Source of the DNA: Tepidisphaeraceae bacterium
GTDB lineage: Bacteria; Planctomycetota; Phycisphaerae; Tepidisphaerales; Tepidisphaeraceae
NCBI GenBank assembly: GCA_965247815.1
Contig: CBDFHW010000025.1
Coordinates: forward strand, 89,058 to 153,057
Length of the DNA stretch: 64,000 nucleotides
Reading direction: 5' to 3'
Under the pieces are notes generated by a model that did no database searches, was not told where the DNA came from, and saw only the letters and a list, made by a program, of their open reading frames with translations. Numbering within the stretch: position 1 is the stretch's first letter; each line of letters opens with the position of its first letter. Below, one piece after another: positions 51,503 through 61,135 of the stretch. The translations under genes and the position numbers were made by a program.

Positions 51503-52801
51503 ATGATGACTCGCAGAGACCTGATGACCGCTGCCGCGCTTGCGGGCGGTACCGCGTTGTTGCCCGGCGTGTCCACCGCATTCGCCGGTGACCCCTCCAC
51601 GCCACTGACGACGCAACCGACGACTCGGCCGTCTGATCCGAAGCTCCAGTACACGCCGGTGCACACTCCCAACGGCGTCACGCTGCCGTTCAAACTCGTC
51701 GACGGCGTGAAAGTGTTTCATCTGGTCTGCGAAGAGATTGAACACGAATTTATGCCCGGCCTGAAATCGCATTGCTGGGGATACAACGGCCGCACCAGCG
51801 GGCCGACGATCGAGGCCGTCGAAGGCGATCGCGTCCGCATCTACGTCACCAATCGCCTGCCCGAAGCCACCACCACGCACTGGCACGGCCTGCGAATTCC
51901 CAACGGAATGGACGGTGTCAACGGCATGACCCAACCCGCCATTCAGCCCGGGGAAACCTTCAGATACGAGTTCACGTTGCCCGACCCCGGCACGTTCATG
52001 TACCACCCGCACCTGGACGAAATGACCCAGCAGGCGATGGGCATGATGGGCATGTTTGTCGTACATCCGAAGGTGACGACGGCAGAAAACCGGGTCGACC
52101 GTGACTACGCGATCATGTTGTCCGAATGGCGCATCGTGCCCGGCACCGCCCGGCCGGTGACGACCGAAATGCTCGACTTCAATGTCCTGACCATGAACAG
52201 CAAGTCCTACCCGGCAACTGCGCCGCTGGTCGCCCGTACCGGTGAGCTAGTCCGCATCCGGTTCGGGAATCTTTCGGCCATGGACCACCACCCGATCCAC
52301 CTGCACGGCTTTCAAACCGTGCTCACCGAAACCGACGGCGGGCTGGTCCCCAAGTCTGCCCGGTATTCTGCCAACACGACACTGGTCCCCGTCGGCGCGA
52401 CCCGGGTGATCGAATTCGTCGCCGACAACCCCGGCGACTGGGCCATGCACTGTCACATGACTCACCACGTGATGAACCAGATGGGCCACGACGTGCCCAA
52501 CGTCATCGGTATGAACAACAAGGGCCTGACCTCCAAAGTGCGTCCGCTGCTGCCGGGTTTCATGAGCATGGGTGAGAGCGGCATGGGCGACATGATGCAG
52601 ATGGAAACTCCGGCAAACAGCGTCCCGATGATGGGCGGCAAAGGCCAGTTCGGGCTCATCGACATGGGCGGGATGTTCACCGTCGTAAAAGTCCGCGACC
52701 AAATTACCGGCTACGAAGATCCCGGTGATTACCAGCACCCCGAGGGCACGGTCGCCTCGCTGGCCAGTACCGACGAACTGCGTCGCGACGGCATTCTGTG
52801 A
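51503..52801 (+). CDS. Multicopper oxidase (CopA/CueO-like) with Tat signal and Met-rich segment
   Basis: Twin-arginine signal TRRDLMTAAALAG. Copper ligand motifs HWHG, HPH, HPIHLHG and HCHMTHH. The Met-rich loop is MSMGESGMGDMMQM...MMGG. Confidence 0.9.
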   Translation: MMTRRDLMTAAALAGGTALLPGVSTAFAGDPSTPLTTQPTTRPSDPKLQYTPVHTPNGVTLPFKLVDGVKVFHLVCEEIEHEFMPGLKSHCWGYNGRTSGPTIEAVEGDRVRIYVTNRLPEATTTHWHGLRIPNGMDGVNGMTQPAIQPGETFRYEFTLPDPGTFMYHPHLDEMTQQAMGMMGMFVVHPKVTTAENRVDRDYAIMLSEWRIVPGTARPVTTEMLDFNVLTMNSKSYPATAPLVARTGELVRIRFGNLSAMDHHPIHLHGFQTVLTETDGGLVPKSARYSANTTLVPVGATRVIEFVADNPGDWAMHCHMTHHVMNQMGHDVPNVIGMNNKGLTSKVRPLLPGFMSMGESGMGDMMQMETPANSVPMMGGKGQFGLIDMGGMFTVVKVRDQITGYEDPGDYQHPEGTVASLASTDELRRDGIL

Positions 52802-52826
52802 TTGATCTTTTGTGCTGTTGTGTGCC

Positions 52827-53378
52827 ATGAACGAAACCAAGAAACCGATCAGCGATTGCAACGACCTCGCGACTCCCGTCGTCGAAGCCGACCACCAGCT
52901 CGGCCCGGCCGACGCGCCGGTCACGCTGGTGGAGTACGGCGATTACGAATGCCCGGACTGCCTGAACAGCGAGCCGATCGTAAAGCAGCTTCGCGATCAA
53001 CTCGAAGACCGGTTGCGGGTGGTGTTCAGGCATTTTCCCAGAAACTCCATCCACCCACGCGCCAGCGCCGCTGCCGAAGCGGCCGAAGCCGCCGCGGCAC
53101 AAGGCCGGTTCTGGGACATGCACGAAGCCCTGTTCAAGCACCAGCAAGAGCTGGTCGACGTGGACCTGACACACTTGGCGTTGCTGCTCGGCCTGGACGT
53201 TTACAAGTTCCAACAGGATCTCGATTCGCCGACGTCTCGTCGCCGGGTGCGTGACAACTACGACGACGCCGTCCGCAGCGGCGTCACCCGCACGCCGACG
53301 TTCTTTATCAACGGCTGCAGGCACGACGGGCCGAACGATTTCGACACGCTGCTCGCTGCGATCAACAGGTACGTCTGA
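52827..53378 (+). CDS. DsbA-family thioredoxin-fold oxidoreductase
   Basis: CPDC active-site motif in a thioredoxin-like context. ATG at 52827. Confidence 0.7.
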   Translation: MNETKKPISDCNDLATPVVEADHQLGPADAPVTLVEYGDYECPDCLNSEPIVKQLRDQLEDRLRVVFRHFPRNSIHPRASAAAEAAEAAAAQGRFWDMHEALFKHQQELVDVDLTHLALLLGLDVYKFQQDLDSPTSRRRVRDNYDDAVRSGVTRTPTFFINGCRHDGPNDFDTLLAAINRYV

Positions 53379-53415
53379 CGTAATTTGTTAGAACCACGAT
53401 TTTTCTCACCGCGGA

Positions 53416-53558
53416 GACGCGGAGGCGCAGAGAAACACCATCTGCGTGCCATTTTTTTCCAAGTAATCCATTCGTTCTTCTGACTGATAGGCGAAATTGG
53501 AACGCGACTGCGGTGCTCTTGGCTGATTCTCTTCTCGGCGACTCTGCGCCTCCGCGGT
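53416..53558. repeat. Long inverted repeat (15-17 bp arms, about 110-nt spacer) between convergent genes
   Basis: Left arm acgcggaggcgcagag (53417-53432) and right arm ctctgcgcctccgcg (53542-53556). The right arm is followed by taaaaaat. Confidence 0.7.
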
Positions 53559-53589
53559 AAAAAATCCGTCAGCATTGTCGCCCGGGCTC

Positions 53590-56500
53590 TCAATGAAAAT
53601 CGCGCGACCCCACACCGCCGTCCGAAATCAGATGGCTCAGGTCCGTCATCCGCATCACCATCACGTGAACGACCTTGTCCTGTCGTTCGACGTACCCCTC
53701 GGCCTGCACGAGCGTCGAATGTCTCGCGGCCTTTCGGTACCGATCGAACACCACCGGGCGGATGATCAGGTTCGCGATCCCCGATTCGTCTTCCAACGTC
53801 TCGAACACGATGCCGGACGCCGTCCCGGGCCGCTGACGGATCAGCACCAGCCCGGCGACACGGACCCATTTGCCGTGGGTCATGGTTGATAAATCCGCCG
53901 CCGGTGTGACGCGCATCTGCTTTAACTGCTGGCGGATCAACGCGACCGGGTGCCGCTTCAGCGACAGCCCCGCCGTGCGGTAATCGATCGTGACCTCCTG
54001 TGACATCGGCATCGTCGGCAGCGATACCCCGACCTCGGGCGCGGTGTCCTCGGTCAACCAGTCGAACAAAGGCATCGGTTCGCTGTGACATTTCATCACG
54101 TCCCACAACGCCTGCCTGCGGGACAACCCGAGCGAGCCGAAACCGTCGGCCTCGGCCAACGTCCGCAGCGCGTGTGGTGGCAAACCCGTCCGTCGGGCGA
54201 ACTGGTCGACGGACGTAAACGGGCCTCGTGTTCTAACTTCGATAACGCGGTCGGCGTGCGCCCGCCGTAGCCCCCGCACGCGGTTGAAACCGAGCTGCAC
54301 GACCGGCCCGCCGTGCCCCCAGTCCCAGGTGCGGCCGAAATCCGCGACGATCTCCGAATCACCGTGTGAATCATTTTCCGAAGATTCGGCTGTGACCAAA
54401 TCATTCTCGTCCAGTTCATAGCTGTGACCCCGAACACCAAGTGCATGCAGCGTGCATTCCCAACTGCTCTGATTCACGTCGACCGCCAGCACGATCACGC
54501 CGTGCGCCTGCGCGTCGCGGACGATCTGCGCCGGCGCGTAGAACCCCATCGGCTGGCTGTTCAGCAAACCGCAGCAGAAGACCGCCGGGTGGTGCCGTTT
54601 GATCCAGCAGGAGACATAAACCAGCAGCGCGAAACTGGCGGAATGACTTTCGGGGAAGCCGTATTCGCCGAACCCTTTGAGCATGTTGAAACATTGGTCC
54701 GCATATTCCGGCGTGTACCGCTTGGCGAGCATGCCGGCCAGGATCTTCTTGCGGAATTCCTCGACCGCGCCCCCGCGCTTCCACGCCGCCATCGCGCGCC
54801 GGAACCGGTCCGCCTCGTCCCCGGAAAACCCCGCCCCCTTCATCGCGATCTGCATCGCCTGTTCCTGAAACAACGGCACGCCCAGCGTCCGCTTCAGCAC
54901 CTCTTCCAGTTCCGCGCTCGGGTACACGACCGGTTCCAGCCCCCGCCGGCGGCGCAAATACGGGTGCACCATGTCCCCCTGGATCGGGCCCGGGCGCACG
55001 ATCGCGACTTCAATTACAAGGTCGTAAAACGTCCGGGGTCGCAGCCGGGGCAGCATCGTCATCTGCGCCCGCGATTCGATCTGGAACACCCCGACCGTGT
55101 CGGCGTCACAGATCATGTCGTAAACCAACTGGTCTTCCTGCGGGATCGTGTGCATCGCCAGCGGCGGGGTGCTCGGGTAAACCTGGTTGATCATCGTCAC
55201 GCACTTGGCGATGCACGTCAGCATCCCCAGCGCGAGCAGGTCGACTTTGAGAATTTTTAAATCGTCGATGTCCTGCTTGTCCCATTCGATGACGGTGCGG
55301 TCGGCCATCACGGCGTTTTCCACCGGCACCATCTCGCACAGCAGCCCGCTGGTCATGACCATCCCGCCGACGTGTTGACCCAGGTGCCGTGGGAACCCCA
55401 GCAACTGTTCGGACAAGTCGACGATCGTCCGCACCGTGCGGTCGTCGGGGTCGAGCCCGACCTCGGTCAACTTCTCCGGTGTCAGCGTGCCGCGGTCCCA
55501 CCAGTCGAGCCGCTTGGCCATCTGCTCGATCGTGTCCAGGCCGAGCCCCATCACTTTCCCCACGTCGCGCACGGCCGAGCGCCCGCGATACGTAATCACC
55601 TCGGCCGTCATCCCCGCCCGGTCCCGGCCGTATTTTTCGTACACATACTGAATCACTTCTTCGCGGCGTTCGTGCTCGAAATCGACGTCAATGTCCGGCG
55701 GTTCGTTCCGGGCCGCACTGACGAACCGTTCGAACAGGACGTTGATCTGGTCCGGGTTTACCGACGTGACGCCGATGCAATAACAGACCGCGCTATTGGC
55801 GGCCGACCCCCGGCCCTGGCACAAAATGTCGCGCGACCGCGCGAACCGGACGATGTCCTGCACGGTCAAAAAATACGCCTCGATCTGCAACTCGCCGATC
55901 AGTTTCAATTCCCGCTCGATCAGCGTTTTGACTTTCGGCGGAATTCCCTGCGGGTATCGCCCGGCCGCCCCTTCCCAGGCGAGCTCGGTCAGGTATTGCA
56001 GCTGCGTCTTCCCCGGTGAAGTCAGCTCGTGCGGGTATTCGTATTTCAGCTGGTCGAGATTGAATTGACATTGCTCGGCGATATCGAGCCCGCGCTGGAT
56101 GGCTGGCAAATAATCATCGAACAGCACGTGCATCTGCAGCGGCAATTTGAGATACCGTTCGCCATTTTGGAACAATCGGTATCCCGCCTCGTGGATCGTG
56201 CAGCCGTGCCGGACGCACGTCAGCACGTCCTGCAACCGCCGGCGGTCGGGGTGGTGAAAGTGCACGTCATTAGTCGCCAGCATCGGCACGCCGAACGCCC
56301 GGCTCAGCCAGTTAAGGTTCGACAACCGGGTCTGGTTGTCACTTTCATATACACACGACGCCGCGATCGACAACGATTTTCCGAACACGTCTTTCAACTG
56401 CCCCAGGTCCCGGGCGAACGTTTCCGGCACCGGGTCGGGCGGGACCACCGCAACGAGCAGGCCTTTGCCGTGATCGAACAGGTCGTGGATAGATAGATCG

Positions 56501-56883
56501 CATTCACCTTTGATCGTCCGCCGTTTGCCCAGCGTGAGCAGCTGGCACAGTCGCGCGTACGCCGCCCGGTCGGTCGGCCAGACCAATACATCAGGGTGAT
56601 TCGCCAGCACGAGCCGGGCGCCGACCACCAGTTTCAGCCCGACCTCTTTCGCCTTCACGTGCATGCGGACGATGCCGGCTACTGAATTGATATCGGTGAT
56701 GCCGATCGCGCGGTAACCCAGGTGGGCCGCCTGGATCACCAGTTCGTCCGGGTGCGACGCGCCACGCAGGAACGAAAAATTGGTCGTCACCGCCAGCTCG
56801 GCGTACTCGTACGGGCAGGCCCGCACCGTGATGTTCGACGGGGCCGCGGCGTCACGAAGTTTTGGATTAGGATGTTCGGGCAT
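53590..56883 (-). CDS. dnaE2: Error-prone DNA polymerase III alpha-like, DnaE2 (ImuC)
   Basis: 1097 aa. N-terminal PHP domain (AELAVTTNFSFLRGASHPDEL) and Pol III alpha core. Located downstream of imuA-imuB. Confidence 0.9.
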   Translation of the reverse strand: MPEHPNPKLRDAAAPSNITVRACPYEYAELAVTTNFSFLRGASHPDELVIQAAHLGYRAIGITDINSVAGIVRMHVKAKEVGLKLVVGARLVLANHPDVLVWPTDRAAYARLCQLLTLGKRRTIKGECDLSIHDLFDHGKGLLVAVVPPDPVPETFARDLGQLKDVFGKSLSIAASCVYESDNQTRLSNLNWLSRAFGVPMLATNDVHFHHPDRRRLQDVLTCVRHGCTIHEAGYRLFQNGERYLKLPLQMHVLFDDYLPAIQRGLDIAEQCQFNLDQLKYEYPHELTSPGKTQLQYLTELAWEGAAGRYPQGIPPKVKTLIERELKLIGELQIEAYFLTVQDIVRFARSRDILCQGRGSAANSAVCYCIGVTSVNPDQINVLFERFVSAARNEPPDIDVDFEHERREEVIQYVYEKYGRDRAGMTAEVITYRGRSAVRDVGKVMGLGLDTIEQMAKRLDWWDRGTLTPEKLTEVGLDPDDRTVRTIVDLSEQLLGFPRHLGQHVGGMVMTSGLLCEMVPVENAVMADRTVIEWDKQDIDDLKILKVDLLALGMLTCIAKCVTMINQVYPSTPPLAMHTIPQEDQLVYDMICDADTVGVFQIESRAQMTMLPRLRPRTFYDLVIEVAIVRPGPIQGDMVHPYLRRRRGLEPVVYPSAELEEVLKRTLGVPLFQEQAMQIAMKGAGFSGDEADRFRRAMAAWKRGGAVEEFRKKILAGMLAKRYTPEYADQCFNMLKGFGEYGFPESHSASFALLVYVSCWIKRHHPAVFCCGLLNSQPMGFYAPAQIVRDAQAHGVIVLAVDVNQSSWECTLHALGVRGHSYELDENDLVTAESSENDSHGDSEIVADFGRTWDWGHGGPVVQLGFNRVRGLRRAHADRVIEVRTRGPFTSVDQFARRTGLPPHALRTLAEADGFGSLGLSRRQALWDVMKCHSEPMPLFDWLTEDTAPEVGVSLPTMPMSQEVTIDYRTAGLSLKRHPVALIRQQLKQMRVTPAADLSTMTHGKWVRVAGLVLIRQRPGTASGIVFETLEDESGIANLIIRPVVFDRYRKAARHSTLVQAEGYVERQDKVVHVMVMRMTDLSHLISDGGVGSRDFH

Positions 56884-56934
56884 AGCGCACGGGTCGGTGT
56901 CTCACGGTGTGACGATGTCACGGTGTCGCGCGGG

Positions 56935-58635
56935 TCAACATTTTCCGTGCAGGTACCACTTCCGCGTCTCGTCCACCTGGAACAGCCAGAACCGCTGCCC
57001 CGACTGGTCTTCGACGTCGAAATAGTCCCGCGTTTTATTCCGGCCCTCCCACCACGACCCGGTGATCCGTTCCGGCCCGTTGCGGTGAACCAGGTTGAAC
57101 GCCTCGCCGGCGTGGGTGAACGAAATCGGCAGGTCTTCGCCCAGTTCGTTGGACATCATCGCGCACCCGATTTCGATCGGCTCGGGCAACAGGTGCAGCG
57201 GCCGCGATTTGATCTCCCTGTGGGTTGATTCGACCGGCGTCGGGGGGACCAATTTGAATGCCGGGTTGGACACCGGCAATAGCGAGCTGGTTTGCGCCGT
57301 CGCCTGCCGTGGTTTTTTCTTCTGTACTGCCGGCCGTTTGTGCGTCGCGAAGCTGACCGCCTTTTCCGGCAGATGCGATTCCACCGGGGTCGGGAACGCC
57401 ACCGCCGCTTCCCCGAGCCGCACCCGAAGCCGTTCGATCAGGTAATCGATTTCCCCCTCGGCCAGCTGCGCTTCGCGGTCCAGCAGGTGCAGTTGCTCGA
57501 GCGTCAGCCGTTCGAACACCGGCACCGAAAGCCGAAGACCGGCAAACCCGTCGTTGCCGCATTTCACCGTCTCGGTCGCACACCGCAGCAGGTTCCAAAG
57601 GCCCGTCAGGTCGACGGTGGGGCGCGACAGCTGAATCGTTTTCGTCACCGGCGGCAGACCATTCAGAAGAAACTCGGCCACCAGCGTCCGGGCCCCGCAC
57701 CCCCGCTGATGAAGCTCGTGCAGAACGTCTTTCAGCAGATGTTTGCACGCCTGCCAGAGATCGGTCAGCGAATCGACACCCCCTTCGAATTCCATCCCGG
57801 CAACGACCGGTTGAAAATGCGCGATCGGCAACAACGGTTCGGGCGTCCGCCCCAGCGCCTGGTCCAATCGTTTCAACACCGTCGTGCCGAACCGCGCGGG
57901 CAGCGTTTCGCGGGGCAATCGCACCAGTTGCCCGATGGTTTCAATGCCCAGTGAATGAAAAGTCCGCACGAGATCGTTACCCAACCGCAGAAAAGAAACC
58001 GGCAACGGCGCGAGCGCGGCGGGAAGCTGATCAAGATCGAAAATACGCGCGCCCCGAGATCCCGAAGAACTCTCCGAGCGATGTTGCGCCCGGCTCTTTC
58101 CCGGATCAGAAGGTCGTGACGCCAGCGCCCACGCCGCACCGGGCGTCGGCGCGATCGCGATGCCGTGACGCAGTTTCAACCGGCTGAGCGATTCGGTCGC
58201 CAGCCCCAGCAACCGGTCCATGCCCGAAAAAAGCCGTTCGCTGCCGGTCACGTCCAGGAACAAAGCATCCGGCGGTTCGACCGCAACCACCGGGCTGAAT
58301 CGCACCATCCACCGCGCCAACGCCTGCAGCGCCTGCAGATCTTTATCGGGCCGATGATCCAGATGCGCGAGCCCCGTACACAACGCCCGAGCCTCGGCCA
58401 GCGACATGCCCGGGACCACCCCCGCGGCCGTCGCGTTCGCACAAGCAAACGTCACCAATTGCCGCGCCGCCACCGTCCGAATCAACACCAAGGACGGACC
58501 CGATATCGAACCAACAGACCCCGAGGTCTTCAGACTTCTTTCGGATTTCGGATTTCGGATTTCGGATTTACAACTAGCCTGTCGCTGTTTTCGGTTGACC
58601 CGGTCGATGGGCCATTGGTTCAACCGCACGCACAT
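56935..58635 (-). CDS. imuB: ImuB, Y-family polymerase-like mutasome component
   Basis: ImuB-type N-terminus (MCVRLNQWPIDRV ... VPGMSLAEARALC). Sits between imuA and dnaE2. The start overlaps the imuA 3' end. Confidence 0.75.
   Translation of the reverse strand: MCVRLNQWPIDRVNRKQRQASCKSEIRNPKSERSLKTSGSVGSISGPSLVLIRTVAARQLVTFACANATAAGVVPGMSLAEARALCTGLAHLDHRPDKDLQALQALARWMVRFSPVVAVEPPDALFLDVTGSERLFSGMDRLLGLATESLSRLKLRHGIAIAPTPGAAWALASRPSDPGKSRAQHRSESSSGSRGARIFDLDQLPAALAPLPVSFLRLGNDLVRTFHSLGIETIGQLVRLPRETLPARFGTTVLKRLDQALGRTPEPLLPIAHFQPVVAGMEFEGGVDSLTDLWQACKHLLKDVLHELHQRGCGARTLVAEFLLNGLPPVTKTIQLSRPTVDLTGLWNLLRCATETVKCGNDGFAGLRLSVPVFERLTLEQLHLLDREAQLAEGEIDYLIERLRVRLGEAAVAFPTPVESHLPEKAVSFATHKRPAVQKKKPRQATAQTSSLLPVSNPAFKLVPPTPVESTHREIKSRPLHLLPEPIEIGCAMMSNELGEDLPISFTHAGEAFNLVHRNGPERITGSWWEGRNKTRDYFDVEDQSGQRFWLFQVDETRKWYLHGKC
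58541..58568. repeat. Heptanucleotide microsatellite (TCGGATT)x4 in the imuA/imuB junction
   Basis: Four perfect tandem copies at 58541-58568, 5 nt from the imuA stop (58574-58576) and inside the 5' coding region of imuB (encodes KSEIRNPKSE). Confidence 0.9.
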
Positions 58636-59314
58636 GATTTGTCTCACGGCAGACCTCCAGAAGAACGTTTTTCCCCACACGTCCTCCGTGACCGTGAATC
58701 AATTCCACCGACACCCGCTGGAGCATCCGCTCCCCGCGGGCCGGGGTTACTTTCCATCGCGTGGCGGCGGCGTAGGGCCACGCGACGGCCTCCGCCGGGC
58801 GCAGCAACACACCGATCCCGCCCCCGCGCTCGGCCGCCAACTGCAACCGCCTCGCCTGCACCCGCGTCAACCGGCCCGCCGGGGTAATGCACGCGGCCAC
58901 GCCCCGGCACCGAAGACACTCGGTCACCGCCCAGAGCCCTTCCGCCATCGTCGCCGGCCGCAACACCAGCAGGCGTTCCATCGGGATGCCCAGCGCCAAT
59001 AACGCCGGCGGATACAGGTCCCGGTCGAAATCGCACCAGACGATCATGCCAACCCGCGACTCCGACTGAATCGCCGATCGCGCCAGCAAGGCAGGCAACA
59101 AGAACGGCATCCGCGCCGCCTGCGATTTCACACCGCCTACGCCGTTGAGCACCTCGTGCACGGCCCCGCGGACGAACGCCCCCTCGGGCAACATCTCGTC
59201 CAAAGCCGACAACCCGGTAACCAGCTTCCGCGACCCGCCACCCGCGCGACCGGGCAAATGCCCGAGCCCGGGCAGCGTCCGCAACAACCCACCGACAGAC
59301 GTAATGACATGCAC
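58574..59314 (-). CDS. imuA: ImuA (SulA/RecA-like) mutasome component
   Basis: RecA-fold-like P-loop region. First gene of the imuA-imuB-dnaE2 cassette. GTG start at 59314. Confidence 0.7.
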   Translation of the reverse strand: MHVITSVGGLLRTLPGLGHLPGRAGGGSRKLVTGLSALDEMLPEGAFVRGAVHEVLNGVGGVKSQAARMPFLLPALLARSAIQSESRVGMIVWCDFDRDLYPPALLALGIPMERLLVLRPATMAEGLWAVTECLRCRGVAACITPAGRLTRVQARRLQLAAERGGGIGVLLRPAEAVAWPYAAATRWKVTPARGERMLQRVSVELIHGHGGRVGKNVLLEVCRETNHVRAVEPMAHRPGQPKTATG

Positions 59315-59683
59315 GCACCTTCCCTTGTTTGTACTTTGTTAGGGTACCTGACAAGGCCGCGTCCGGTCAATCCTGTTTTAATTTGGCGACAGGAAGGGAC
59401 GTCCTGACTTTAATGGACCCGTTGGCGGGATAACGATCTATTGGAACCTCTGCACTGCGGCCGAGGTGAAAAATTGTACTCGACCCCAAAACCCACGCGG
59501 TTGCTAAACACACCCACAAAAGGTTGTGGTTTTATGAATTGGGTTATTATCAGCGAATTAGTTACTGGGAGGGAGCGGATAAAGGGTCGAGCGGATAAAG
59601 GGTCGGGAGTCGTTGATTAGACTCCCGACCCTTTAGAATTTCCCGGCGAAGATCAGTCGCGGTCCTCTACCAAAGGAGATTGC

Positions 59684-60768
59684 ATGAGCTATCAGACAAT
59701 TGTGGCTATCGATCTGGGCAAGTTCAAGTCTGTTTTGTGCGTGATGGACGTCGCCACCCGGACGCATCGGTTTACCACCATCGAGTCTTCGCCGACCGCG
59801 ATCCGCGATGCGATTGCTCAGCAGGTCTCGACCGATCCGGCTTTGACCCTGGTGGTCTTTGAGACCTGCGACACCTGCGGCTGGGTGCATGATCAACTCG
59901 CGCCCCTGGGCGTGAAGATCACCATCGTCAACGCCAACGATGAACGCTGGCGCTGGCAGCGGGTGAAGCGAAAGACCGATCAGGATGATGCACTGAAAAT
60001 GGCCAGGCTGGCGCTATTGGATCAATTGCCCACGGTACATCTGCCCGATCCACAGCAGCGGCAGAGACGGCGGTTGATGATTCACCGGCGATCAATCGTG
60101 AGCCGGCGAACGCAGTGCCGCAACGCCATTCGCTCCATTTTCAGCCATCCTTCGACTTCGCTCAGGAGGGTATCGCGCTGGCCAGAGGACAAAAGCAGTG
60201 GACACGCGCCGGCCTAGAGCAACTGCAAAGCCATGCCGCCCCGATCGAGAACTGCGACGTGGACGATCTGTGGAAGGGAAGGCTCAACAGCGAACTGCTG
60301 CTGATGGCGTCGATCAACCAGCAGCTCAAAGCGCTCGATGCCAAGCTGGACGAACTGGCCGACCCGCGCATGAAACTATTGCAGAGCCTGAAGGGCGTTG
60401 GCCCGCGCACCGCAGAGACAGTGGTGCTGTACATCGATGATCCCAAACGATTCAAAACCGGCGAAGAACTGGCCAGCTACGCCGGTCTGGTGCCCAAGCA
60501 ACTGCAAAGCGGTGAAATGAACCGCATGGGCCACATCACCCATCGCGGGCCGGGTCTCTTGCGTGCGATGCTGGTCGAGTCGGCCTGGACAATCTATCGC
60601 CACAACCCCTGGGCACAGGCGTTTGTGAACAAGATCAGCCACGGATCAAAGGCCAGGCGAAAGCTGGCGATCGTCGCGCTGGCCAAAAAGGTGCTGATCA
60701 TTTTGTGGGGCATGCTCAAGAGCAATACGCCGTTCCGACAACCGTCGTCTGTCGCGCTGGTGAGTTGA
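59684..60768 (+). mobile_element. IS110-family transposase gene, disrupted by a frameshift (frames 59684..60217 and 60115..60768)
   Basis: N-terminal DEDD/RuvC-like part (IVAIDLGKFKS ... VFETCDTCGW) in one frame. C-terminal part (GVGPRTAETVVLYIDDPKRF ... YAGLVPKQLQSGE) in another. The shift is near a TTTT run around 60140-60150. Confidence 0.8.
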
Positions 60769-61135
60769 GAGAGAGGAACTGAAAAACAAGCCAGACCTGT
60801 TGCTTTGAAGAAGGATGTTGTGCGACACGCCGGTGACCTTGGCTAACCAGCTGCATGCCGTTGACATGTGGAGCATCGAATAAGGCCCAGTGTTTGTTTT
60901 GGGTGAATGAGGCTCTCGTAAAAAAACCAAACGGCAACGAGATGACCATCGAATAGTCGGCTGAAGCGCACGGCTCTTTGCATCAGCAGCAGATTTGCTT
61001 CGCGACCGGGGCTCCGCCCCAGGCCCCGCCTCCTAAACCTCTTCCGCCTGCGTGGGCCGAATGAGAAAATCGAGCGATCAGACATTCCGCGCAAAAGATT
61101 GTGCTTGACGGCGAAAGGGATTCATAGTTGGCTGG

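Noticed and set aside
60769-61135. Hairpin-like gtttgttttgg ... ccaaac segment after IS110, considered as the IS right end
   Set aside because: The pairing is imperfect and the IS110 boundaries cannot be set without a second copy.
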